Positions 11,201 through 38,078 of a stretch of 64,000 nucleotides of DNA are shown here, one piece after another. Numbering within the stretch: the stretch's first letter is position 1; each line of letters starts with the position of its first letter. A model generated the notes under the pieces. The model ran no database searches, was not told the origin of the DNA, and saw only the letters and a list, made by a program, of their open reading frames with translations. The translations under genes were made by a program, and so were the position numbers. The DNA is from Tubiluchus corallicola (taxonomy: Eukaryota > Animalia > Priapulida), in NCBI GenBank assembly GCA_030141605.1, contig JAQGDQ010000043.1:62001-126000 (forward strand), in the 5' to 3' direction.

Positions 11201-13916
11201 GTCACAATTTTTTAAAGTTAAGAGACTAAATATGTTTTAGTGATCAAATCGAATAGCTAACAGTGCTTGTACCTTGTTGTAAACACAACTTATGAAGTGC
11301 ATATTGAATGTGAGTATGAATGTAACGAAGCATACAGTTTGCATTAATACATGAATAAAAGCAGAAACTGGCAACGTTCAATTTGTCTATTGGTGAGAAA
11401 GCAACAAAGTAAAAATACAATGCAAGTATTGTGATAAATTTATGCATTAAGGATGATACTGGAAAGATATGAACACACTACATGAATAAACAACAGAAAC
11501 AATTTTAATTAATTTCCTGTTATACAATAGATACTATGGTAAAATATACATGCTGCAATAGATGCACAATGTTTAGTAGCCCCAATTTCTCGTAAAGCTG
11601 AATTGAATAATCAGAACAATGGAAAAACAATGCAGCAAAGTGGTGATACAAAAAATTAAAGTGTAGCAAATAATTTTTTAATTTACTCTGATATAACGAG
11701 GCAACATTATAAACATATCTTTTTCTGCTAACCAGTTTTTATATTGTAGCGTCTCAAGTAACTGCCCATTCTAACTTTCTATGATAAAAAGGGTTGTACA
11801 GCAACGCTAAATTGCATTCTCAATTACATAATCAGAAGAAACAAATTACATGACAGAAATAAGTGACAATCTAAATGACGTAACAAGTAGGTTGGGTAAA
11901 AAACTAAGAAACTCAATAAGCAAGTAACCAAATGCTTCACATTTCAGACACGTTTAGTATTTTCTCAAAGCAAGCATATCATCCAAAACAATAAATTACA
12001 CGACATAAATAAATGCTTACAAAGCATACATGTAATGTGGCAATGATTAATGACTAGATGGTAACAACTGACTGCAAATACTATGTTTACATGATGCGAG
12101 TAGTATGTTCAATTTGTTTATGCATCAGAAACTTGCAACTGCTGATTGCAATTGCTGCACTTACATAATGCGAATAGTATGGCTTATTTTTCTCAGCATT
12201 TTTCTGTATTGGAAGTTGACACACAAATATACTGAGCATACTACATGAATTAAGCACAAAAACTCTTCCTATAGTAAGCAAGTAATTAGAAAATTGTGAT
12301 GTTTCCTACTATTTCCAAGTAGGAAATATCTCTATAAATCTGCAGACAACGGAAATTGTTTTTGTATGCTGAAAACTGAATCAAATGGCTCCTGGACTAA
12401 CAAAGTGACAAACGAAAGGGAGGACCTCACACGAGAGATTTTTGAGAAGAGTTCGAACAACTTAAACTTTTGCAAATCATGTAAGTGTACTAGCAGCACT
12501 ACTTAAACTTTACAAATTTCAAACAAAAAAGATAACATTAGTAACGTGAGGCGATTTCTTAGTCATGCTAACAAAAACATCTACATGCATACTGCAAAAC
12601 TAACTTTCTTTTACATTTTCTTTTTTTTTCGGAACAAGTTACTCATAGATCATCATTTTACCTACACCTAATATCCCTGAACCACATCTTTGCTCACTAA
12701 ACCCGTCATACAGCCAATATACAAGCATCCATTCAAACATGGGCCCATTAAAAAATACCATAGAGTAACACCATCATCATCACGGTGTGAGTTATATCAG
12801 AATGAATGCATCGCTAATGTAAGATACCTTAATTCAAACAGAATGCAAGTTACGTCACATCTGTGGCCTGATTCACTATTTTCAAGAAACTAAAATTTTT
12901 TTTATAATAAACACTGTTTTAATTACGAAATGTAAAATTGTTTGGCCTTGGTACGTAAATTTCTTACAACATTCCATTGATTTCATAGACAATACTACAC
13001 TTTTTTGGCTTTTTTGTGAGTCTCTCCTCTAAACCCCACATTCTCTCCTCTCCATTTCACACAAAAGGCAACAGTCCCATTTCACACAAATATGTTAAGC
13101 TTGTTTTAAATGTTCCATTTTAGTAAATTTGCAGATTAATACTCATTTTTTTTTAGTAAATTTTACATCTTCATAACACCTCATTTGTGGAAATCCTCCA
13201 AGTTGTGTAAACATCTTAGTCAGTGCATACTACCATATATCCCATTTTCAGAGAATATCTCCGTGATTCTTACTTGACATTATACTAATCTAAACTGTTT
13301 CTGCCAAGTAGTTAATGCAACTGAATTTTTATTTTAACGATCAGTTTCATGTTGAAACAATTGCAGTTTCACGTTAAAGCAAATTTTTTCTTATAGCAAT
13401 CAGTTTGTATAACAATTTTGTATATCTTAGCAACCAGTTTCTTGTAAAACAATGGCCCTACCTTGACACTACCTCAAGATATTAAAGGATGCACTTTACA
13501 CTTAAACAATGACACTCAGCAAATTTCAGATTAACTCAAAGAGTAAAGTACGTAAAACATTTGAAGTAAGATTTTGTTCAGTGTATACAGTACAGTTGGT
13601 TTTCTGTTGCCAGTAAAAAGTGAGATTAAACTGAATTATCACATTATTTTGTCACTTTTCACTCATAATATACATCAGACTTTAAAAAATGACAACATAA
13701 TTATGACTACTAAACATGAAGCAATACAATAATAATATTGATTCCAAAAAAAAATTCAGAATCTCCACAGGAATTTTTCAAGAAGAAAAAAATTAGACCA
13801 GATTACATATTGTCAAAAAATTACGTTTATTTAATTTAGATAACTTTCAGTTTTGAGATTTATAGTCATATTTAAAACGCACTCTGCATGCGTTAAATGT
13901 AGTAATAATAACCACC

Positions 13917-28508
<14,592 letters not shown>

Positions 28509-28816
28509 ATTTAAAAATAAATAGAAACTTTCACAAAATATGGCAAAAATGCCACTTTTGTCGTTTTTCTTTCTTTCTACAGCAGCAACATCTACTGGCG
28601 AAAATTTTCCGAATGACGTCAATGTGACGTCAAAAGTTTTGATAAAAATTGATTTCATCTACAAAAGAGGGCGACACCTTGTCCGCACGTGATCTTTTGC
28701 GGCGTGTTGACCTACTTTTAGTAGCTGGGGCAGAATTCTGTAAGCGACCTTCAGGCTTCTCTTATTCAGCCATTTGTGTGCTGTCAACGTATTTTTTGTC
28801 CTGTTACTATCTCACC
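28509..28816. promoter_or_regulatory. Bidirectional promoter region between CPE and HADH with a tandem CRE pair
   Basis: 308 bp between divergent ATGs; TGACGTCA at 28614-28621 and 28625-28632; CACGTG at 28686-28691; TGACCT at 28708-28713. Confidence 0.75.
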
Positions 28817-31800
28817 ATGTCTTTTGCAACGCAGCTGGCGAGAAGAGGAATATCATCAACTAGTGCTGTCATGGCACAAGTTGTGGTCATTGGAGGTGGT
28901 TTGATGGGGTCTGGAATTGCACAGGTAAAAGTAAAAGCTAAAATTCCCTTCGCGGTATGAAATTTATGTTATGCGCTGTTTTCAATTAAGTGTTTTTTTT
29001 TTAAATTTGTGGTAAAGAGTAAATTTATTTTACCATCACCAATGTACTAGTACATGTCATTACTACAATTACCACACGCAACAGTAGTAGTACTAGTTCT
29101 AGTAGTAGTAGTAGGCTCAATATATGAACTAATTTGTGAAATGAGCTGTAAAGGGGAAGAAGGACTATATAATGGCTCCCTAATCTTTTGTAGTTTATTT
29201 CTATTGTTAGAAATACGGTGTACATAACCTACATTGATACAAAACCTCAGTAATTCAAGAATAAGAATAGCAGTGGCATTAATTTGCTATTACAATAACT
29301 AACACAACAAATTATTGTCTTTCTGTCGCTTTTGATTTGCAGAAGTACATGTATTCTGATCAGTTGCATTGAATGTGCCTATTTGTCTTTTTTCTTTTTT
29401 GCAATTTATGTTTGTATCAATGTAATATTAACAAAAAGCACAGACAAAACTTGCTTTCTCAATAATCAGCATCCACAAACTTAAAAAACAAAAATTTCGT
29501 ACTATTAAAAGAGTTACAGTTTTCAAGTGCAATAAATAAGTTTCATGTGCGTACTTAAAAATATGCATTTTTAGACAATATCTGATCCGATCTGGATTTA
29601 AATTTGAGAGTGTGAACAAAACTAGTAATCTGAGATGTTCTGCAAGATGCCCTTTCCAATGTCGTATGTTTGCATCCTGTATTTTTGTAATGTGTGTGAT
29701 TTAATTGGTCTTTTTTTATTTTTTTTTGATGTCCGGCCTGAAGGGTTGTTGGGAATTTGAAACTGGAGTCATACCTAACTGGATCTGTAATCTCTTTTTT
29801 ATATTAGCTGCATCTTTTCCTTAGTTTTCAATGAACTTAAATTTTCTACAGTCTTTCCTGGTCATATTATCTGTAAAATTGTATATCTATAGCACTGCTG
29901 CCTAGTGGTGGGGACTGACTGTTAGACTAATATTTATTTATGACGATTTACAAGCCATACGATTACAAGTTACATAACATTACATAAACAATGAAGTACA
30001 TTACAATGAAGAAAAAACTACACAGACAAAACCCCACACATGGGGCATAATTGTCAACACAATACACAATAAAACACAGTAATAATAATAAGAGTAGTAG
30101 TAGTAAATAATATTCATTATAATCGATTTGGGCTTTTATTACAAATCATCGATTACTTCTTCCAATTCCATTTGCATTTATTTTTGGGAAAATCTATAAA
30201 ATCGCAGGACAAACATAGCATAGCATCATCATCATCACAAGCCCATTATGTCTATTTTAGACATTGGGCAGGCAGCTCTTAAGACATGTAAACACAGCAG
30301 TAGTCCAGCATATACTAGATACTGCTACGCTGGCTTGTCAGCACAGCAAACATAGCCATCATTCTAGATAAATCAACCAATATGGTTTTACTTTGACGCT
30401 GTTTAGAGCTGAAGGTTTGTCTAAAGCACAAGCACTTGGTTTTTGCAAACAACAACAAGTACATACAACCATGCAAATGGCAACTACTGTTTTGTTGGAT
30501 AGTTTTGTATACTCTTTACTGATAAAATAAACTCATTTAGAACTTACTCTTTACTTTTTACTTTTCACTTTTTCTTATGCAATTGTAATTAAAACAACAA
30601 TAGTTAAGATAAGAAATCTGCTTCTTCTAATCAATTTTTGTATCTGATTAATCCTTGTGAAAATGAAACCGATGTTTCCACCACTACTGCAGCTCCAAGG
30701 CATCATTTTTAATAGACAACCTGAAATTTGCTAGAGCTGGGGTTGCCCTAGTTATAAATAGTCATAAATAGCTTTTGACTTTATCACTGACAAGTAATGC
30801 ACTGCATGTTTTTATGTTCTTGCACTTGTGTAATGCACACAACAAGTGTATATCATGTTTGAGTTCTGAGATGTTCTGGCTTTTTTCTAAAGAGTTTTAC
30901 TCAGCATAAAAATAAGTGAAGCTCTTTGACTGTCTGGCAATTCATCTGGCTATAGTGTCATGACAGAAATATCTTACAGAACTGATTGAAAAAAGTGGGG
31001 TGCCTACACGTATCATGCTTAAAATTGTCCTGAAACTATATTGTAAAAAACTTAAGTACTATTTGACTGTTTGACCTTCCATGGAATCAAGGGAGCATAT
31101 CGTGGAGGTGCCATAATGTGCACAGTGCCGGTGCCGCAGGTGCACAGTGCCGCAGGGGCATTGTGCCTATTTCTCCTCCTCCATAAAAAATGGCGCACAT
31201 ATTAAAAAAAGTGCTTTTCAGAAAGAACAGTATTGTTTCGGCCAGTATAATCATAAAACAATAGCACTCTGACACAAAAAAATCACTACTTGATCATGTT
31301 ACTTGCAGTGATTTTAAGTAGCAAAAACTTGTAGAGAATATGTACCAAAATTTCTCATTTCTTGAATCCAGGCAGCAGTATTTGTTTTATGTTTTGCTAC
31401 TGTAATATTAATGACATCATAATATATTCTTTTCACTAACCTTAGTTTGCATTTTTCAGAACCTGTCTTCTGCTAAACACTGTTAACTTTTCAGTCTTTG
31501 CTTTGTCGTCTGTGATATTGTACATATTCCAGCCTTTTTAATTCTTGTGAATCAAGACCTAGAGTATGAGTAACTAAAAATTAAGCGTGACTATGGGAAG
31601 AAAAAGGAATTTGAAAGTCTATCCCAAACACTTTTCATACAGAAAATTACATTACTTAACATTAGACTTATCTGCTTAAGGAAATGAGTAAACTGGAAAT
31701 GAAAATTCTCAATAATTTGGTAAAACATCGGTCTGTTAAGTCGTTGACAATATAAAGTAATTTAAATTGCTTATAAAGTTAATAAACAGTGTGCTACAAA

Positions 31801-34800
31801 TGTTTCCATTTTTCAAACTTTATGCAGTGTTATCTAAACTTGTTTCAAACGATTTAACTGTTAAAATGGTTGTGCCTTTTGCCATTAAAACATTGATTAA
31901 TCAATATTACTCAACACATATATTTTAATTAAATGCTTACCAAATCAATTAATATTGTAATTTTTTCTTAATGACATCCCTTTTATGACACAAGTAGATT
32001 AGTTTCAGCAACCAGAGGATTTCACTGGCAGACTAGGCATATAACTAAGGTGTTGAAAAGAGTCTCATGCCTCCTGGGCAAGATTATTTTTATTATTTTA
32101 ACCAAACAAATGAAAACTGCAGTAGCTACTGAGTATTCAAATTGGCATCCACTTTTATTAATTACAGTACTTATGATTTTTAACAATTTGGTACAGGAAC
32201 TTATTAATAATAGAATAAGTTTGAGAAAGTTTGCAAACAAGTTACCTCTTTTCTGGGTTTTGAACTGTAATCTTTCATTTTAAACTTCACTGGTCAATAA
32301 ATAACAAGTAAAATTAGTTGACAATGTTTCTGATGAGGTCAGAAACAGAAGATTTTGCAACAGTGGTTGTAGTTATAAAATTGAGCCTTAAAATGAAGAG
32401 ATGACAGTTTATTAAGGCTGCTTATTTTCTTTTGTTGAATTCGGCTTGCTTGAATGCAAGAGAAGTACTGTTCACAATGAAACCTTAGCATTTGACTGTT
32501 CAGCCCATCACCCACGGGTCAAAGTTCAACCAATCTCGGCATAACTCATATCATTCAGTTTGTCTCATTGAGATCTTTCATTTGATATACAACTAGCTAC
32601 TTTTGGTAGACCCTGGAAGGCGTTTGTCTCCCCGACCCCTATTTTCCCCTAACAGGGTCACAGGTTAATGATTCACACTGTAACCTATACCATTCGATTC
32701 GCTTTATCAAGACCATTCATTTGAGATGCTACATGACACTATTCGTGGACCCTCGATGCATTTCTGTTCCTGACCCCCACTTTTCGGTTTTTGTCCCCTA
32801 CTGGGGTCAGAGATCAACCAGTCTCGGCTTAATTTATACAATTCGGTTTTTCTCATTGAGGCCTTTCAGTTTAATTGCTACAAGCTTGTTCTGGTTGACA
32901 CTGAAAAGCATTTGTATCCTCAACCCCTATTTTGCCCCCTAGCGGGGTCACAGATTAACTATTCTCATTGTAACCCATGTCATTCAATCCGTCTCACCGA
33001 GACCTTTCATTTGATGTGCTACAAGGTGCCAATTTTCAACCCTTGGTGCACTCAGTGTCCGACCTCCATTTTTCAATTTTTGCCTCCTAGGAGCAGATGG
33101 ATCATAAAGAAAAATAAATGAAGACCTGCCAGTTCTGTGACCTTTGACCCGACAACTCCGGTCACATGTATACGTAGATAACTTTTCCCAGAGAGTATAG
33201 CCTGTAAGTTTTGTATCCCTAGCCTTCAGTGTGTAAAAGGTCAGCAATTGGAGGAACCCAAATTTTGCATTTTGGCCCCTCCCTTGTCAGCTTTTTAAAA
33301 CCCCAGGTGCACACCTGCACAGTGCCCAAATACTTATGAAAAAAATTGGAAAAATCCTAGGAGGCGAGGCAACCTAAAGGAAAAAGTGACCGATGCCCAC
33401 TGCCCTTCCCCCTTGACCAGTGGTCACCACACTGTTGTACGTCTACCACCTAGGGCTACCACGAGTTTGGTGACCCTAGCTTGCAAGAATTAGGAGTTAT
33501 TAAGTGTTACAGTGACACAGAATAAATTAATAAATAATAATAGTAACTCAATGAAAAACAGTAAGATTTTGCTATAGCAAAATCTTAATAATACCAGAAG
33601 ATCTAATTAAGTTTAAATAATATACTTCAAAACAAAACATGCTTAGTAGCTAATTATTATCATGAAAACCACAAGTTTGAGCGAATGTTTCACTCCGATT
33701 GTTAAATGCACTTCGTGATCCCAGCATCCTAAAAGAACTATTCAATTTAGTGCAATAAAAAATGTACAAGGGTGAATTCCATATGACAAAGCAAGTTTTT
33801 GAGATATAACTCAAACTATAAAAAGTGTTTATTTAAACATTAAGCATTTCTTATTAAGTTGCCATCATCATGCGGATCAAGTGTGATCAACATGTTTTCT
33901 GCATATTTTCTTTCTATTGTAATGCCTTGCCCACGAGTGGCACTTAATCTTATTCCAAGGGGCAATGTGTGAAAAAGCTCTTGTTGTTAGTTTCATTTGC
34001 GAATATATTTATTATTTTTTTGGCACCTTGTAGTAGTTTTATGATTCCTGATACATGTATTATTATATTTTAGTTGTAATTTGTTTGATTTAAATTGTGC
34101 AATGATTTTACTGTGTGATTTTTAATGTAAACTTTTGTAATTTTTAATGGTCAATAAATCAAAGATAATATAATATAATAGCGTAGTTGGCTTAGAAGAA
34201 TTTGTGACAAAATATTACATCAGAGCATGTGTAGATATTATGTCAACAGAAACTAATTTCGTTTTTCAATAGGTGGCAGCAATGAGAGGCAATGACACAA
34301 AACTCGTAGATGTTAGCGATAAGATTTTGGACAATTCTAGGAAAATGATTGCCAGCAGCCTCACACGTATCCAAAACAAGTTTTCTCAGGATCCAAAATA
34401 TGGTTACTTAGAGGTGATGATAACTAGCCTCCATTATTTTCAGAAAGCATTTATTTATACATGTCTGAAGTATTATATCATCATTATATGTCATGTTTTT
34501 ACAGACAATTTGTAAAGAAGAAAAAATAAAAAAGCAATTAGCACATTGCAGTAAGTTAGACTAAGTAAATTTTTTAACAAACAGTAAAATGTCTGTTGCC
34601 AATTTTTAATGATGATAAAAAATGACATGCTATGCCCTGCCCCTAGAGTACCACCACATTACCTGGTGAAACACTATTTAGTTAATATTTAGTTAATCAT
34701 CATTCGTTTGTTTTACCATGTTTTTATGACACTGTACTTCTATTCCTAAGTTCTACTCATATTAGGCCTATTGATTTATATGCAAATGTTCCAATGTTAC

Positions 34801-37800
34801 ATTTTATTGTGGTTTTAAAACTCACTACTATTTGCAGGTGAAGGGGTAGTTCATTAATTGATCTTTTGTACCTATTACTTTCCAATGCAAGATGAACCCG
34901 GTTAACTCTAACAGTGGTTTTGCGATTATGACTAACTACCTGAAATGTGTGGCCAAGTACTAGTTCTGTAGTAGTTCACACCATCTGCAGAACTACAACA
35001 AGCTAATTTTTATGCATATAGCTTATCCATATTTATCCGTATTTTTCTAATTTCTTTCAATGAAAATTTATGTCCTTCTCACCATCCTCCTGGTAGATTT
35101 TCATCTGTCAGCCGGCGAACACTTGATAACGTCTCTCCAGGTGTCTCTGTCTTCATACATCTTCTCCTCCTCCACATCAGTTGTGTTCGCCATGAGTTAC
35201 TTGAGCAAAAAGTACTTCAGTGACTTGCTAGGTCTATCCTGAAGGATTTGGTCCACAGCTCCTTATTTGAATATTCGGAGCACCCTGGCTCGTGAGCCAG
35301 GGGTCCCCCATCCGCCACGCGGGGGATGTGCCCGGTAGGGGTTTACTCCCCCCGAGGAAAATTTATGTAAAAAAGAAAACTTATGTAAGATTGATATTTT
35401 TTTAGGGAAGTGAAACATTCATGAGAGATGCCATGGGACGAATTCAGATGACCACTGACATGCGGTCAGCTGTAGCAGATGCCGCCATAGTCATTGAATC
35501 AATAATTGAAAATTTGGATGCCAAACAAAAACTTTTCAAAGAAATTGATAACCTGGCACCACCGTATGTAGCACAACTTTTCAGTCATTATAAAGTTTTT
35601 TTTTTGTAAAGTAAAATGTCATTTTTCCACTTTAAATATGTGGAAGATTGTTATAAACAGATGTTGATCTTGGAAGCTCAACGTCAAAATTCTGAGTATC
35701 ACACATGAGAGTTGCTTAATTGTCTTAAATTTTGTGAACCTTACCTGCGACCAAGTATATTTGAGTATAGTTTCAGAGAGTCCTCAGTGTCAGTGGTCTG
35801 AGAGTCCACAATGTCATTAGTCTCAGAGAGGCTTCAATGTCAACAGCCTCTGAGAGTCCTCTATGTCAGTCTCAGAGAGTCACTAATCTCAGTAGTCTCC
35901 GAGAGTCCTCTATGTCAGTAGTCTCAGAGAGAGCTCTATGTCAGTAGTCTCAGAGAGTCCTCTATGTCAGTAGTCTCAGAGAGAGTTCTATGTCAGTAGT
36001 CTCAGAGAGTCCTCTATGTCAGTAGTCTCCGAGAGTCCTCTATGTCAGTAGTCTCAGAGAGTCACTAATCTCAGTAGTCTCCGAGAATCCTCTATGTCAG
36101 TAGTCTCAGAGAGTCCTCTATGTCAGTAGTCTCAGAGAGTCACTAATCTCAGTAGTCTCCGAGAGTCCTCTATGTCAGTAGTCTCCGAGAGTCCTCTATG
36201 TCAGTAGTCTCCGAGAGTCCTCTATGTCAGTAGTCTCCGAGAGTCCTGTATGTCAGTAGTCTCAGAGATAGCTCTATGTCAGTAGTCTCAGAGAGAGCTC
36301 TATGTCAGTAGTCTCAGAGAGTCCTCTATGTCAGTAGTCTCAGAGAGTCCTCTATGTCAGTAGTCTCAGAGAGAGCTCTATGTCAGTAGTCTCAGAGAGT
36401 CCTCTATGTCAGTAGTCTCCGAGAGTCCTCTATGTCAGTAGTCTCAGAAAGAGCTCTATGTCAGTAGTCTCAGAGAGTCCTCTATGTCAGTAGTCTCAGA
36501 GAGAGCTCTATGTCAGGAGTCTCAGAGAGTCCTCTATGTCAGTAGTCTCCGAGAGTCCTCTATGTCAGTAGTCTCAGAGAGTCACTAATCTCAGTAGTCT
36601 CAGAGAGTCACTAATCTCAGTAGTCTCAGAGAGAGCTCTATGTCAGTAGTCTCAGAGTCCTCTATGTCAGTAGTCTCAGAGAGAGCTCTATGTCAGTAGT
36701 CTCAGAGAGTCCTCTATGTCAGTAGTCTCCGAGAGTCCTCTATGTCAGTAGTCTCAGAGAGTCACTAATCTCAGTAGTCTCAGAGAGTCCTCTATGTCAG
36801 TAGTCTCAGAGAGAGCTCTATGTCAGTAGTCTCAGAGAGTCCTCTATGTCAGTAGTCTCCGAGAGTCCCCTATGTCAGTAGTCTCAGAGAGTCACTAATC
36901 TCAGTAGTCTCCGAGAGTCCTCTATGTCACTAGTCTCAGAGAGTCCTCTATGTCAGTAGTCTCAGAGAGTCACTAATCTCAGTAGTCTCCGAGAGTCCTC
37001 TATGTCAGTAGTCTCCGAGAGTCCTCTATGTCAGTAGTCTCCGAGCGTCTGTCTCCTGAATGAATATGAAACATGGAAGTTAATTGTCTTTGATTGATCT
37101 TTTTTGCTGTATTGTTACTGGTTTCTTTGGTCAATTGTGGTTTGAATAAGTTGAGTAATTGCAAAAAAGGTGAAAATTTCTATTTGTCTTGTAATTTTAA
37201 TTTCAGGCAAGCTGTATTTGCCAGCAATACCTCTTCTCTTTCAATTGCTGAAATTGCCTCAGCAACTAACAGGAAAGATCGTTTTGCAGGATTGCACTTT
37301 TTTAACCCTGTACCTATCATGAAATTGGTGGAGGTAAGTTATTTGTGCTGCTTTGTGGGCTTGCTTTCACAAGTTATATTAAGCAGATGACTTTTTTTAA
37401 TTTCAGAAGTTATATTATGCATTAAATGTTGTTTTTCTTGTTTGGTGAAAGTGGTTACTGTGCTTACAAAAATTGTTTGTGAAATGAAGTCTTGTTAGGC
37501 CTATGCTTCATAATGGCCATGGCAACTGTTTGTCTAACTTTGTCTCACTAGTGTTTACATATAGATATTATAGATTATCAGTGGGTACAAGGGCAATGTA
37601 ATTCAACACTTATATTTTGACTAAGTTTATTTTTTACATAAAGGAGGGTTAAAAGATAAGGGGGCATTGGCATTATATAGGTTGCACCTCAGGGCAGCAT
37701 TAGGCCCGTATTTAGATACCCATGGAAAAGAAGTAGAAATAATTTTATTAATTCAAAGCTAGTATTGTTGTCAGTGGTCACATATAAGTGGACAGTTGTC

Positions 37801-38078
37801 ACTAGTCGGTTTCATTTGTAGCTGTATCCATTTTTAATTACAGTTACATGCATTACTGACATGTGCAATGTTTATAAGATGCAATTCGCAATTTCATTTA
37901 TGTTACACTGCAGTATTTTGTAGTAATGCATACTCTGGCTACTGCAGCGCCACAAGTTTTTATTTGTACTACGTGCTTTTCGACGCAGGTGGTTCGAGCT
38001 TCTGGAACATCCGATGCAACTATCAAATATTTTACTGATTTTGTAGACAAGCTTGGTATGCAGAGCATCGTTGCTAAG
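28817..38078 (+). CDS. HADH: Mitochondrial 3-hydroxyacyl-CoA dehydrogenase, shared exons 1-5 (NAD-binding domain)
   Basis: Exons 28817-28924, 34273-34413 (donor uncertain), 35406-35563, 37207-37333, 37989-38078. Motifs [33 protein letters not shown] and KLVE; N-terminal Arg/Ser-rich targeting-like peptide. Confidence 0.95.
29903..30686. mobile_element. Old hAT-like non-autonomous element
   Basis: Ends TAGTGGTGG / CCACCACTA; flanks ctgctgcc and ctgcagct (6/8, a decayed TSD). Confidence 0.45.
32437..33590 (-). mobile_element. Helentron-associated (HINE/DINE-1-like) non-autonomous element with internal ~143-bp tandem repeats
   Basis: Perfect 26-bp palindrome at 33562-33587 next to a TAT-rich tract at one end; short hairpin CTTGC-N6-GCAAG at 32445-32460 at the other; four internal units starting near 32517, 32655, 32803 and 32944. 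Confidence 0.6.
35074..35356 (-). mobile_element. Short non-autonomous retroelement (RTE-derived bipartite SINE-like) with a 5' HDV-like ribozyme fold
   Basis: 12-bp TSD GAAAATTTATGT at 35062-35073 and 35357-35368; GC-rich structured 5' part; 3' part encodes DRDTWRDVI, like RTE ORF C-termini. Confidence 0.75.
35269..35333 (-). ncRNA. HDV-like ribozyme core (5' strand of P1 missing)
   Basis: Minus strand: GGGCA(P2) CAU(P3) CCCCCGC(L3) GUG(P3') GCGGAU(P1') GG(P1.1) GGGAC-CCCUGGCUC-AC-GAGCCAGGG-UGCUC(P4) CGAA(J4/2) UAUUC(P2'). Folded by eye. Confidence 0.55.
35773..37045. repeat. 26-bp minisatellite, about 49 copies (AGAGAGTCCTCTATGTCAGTAGTCTC), in HADH intron 3
   Basis: Read directly; three main variants (gtcctctatg, gagctctatg, gtcactaatc). 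Confidence 0.97.
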
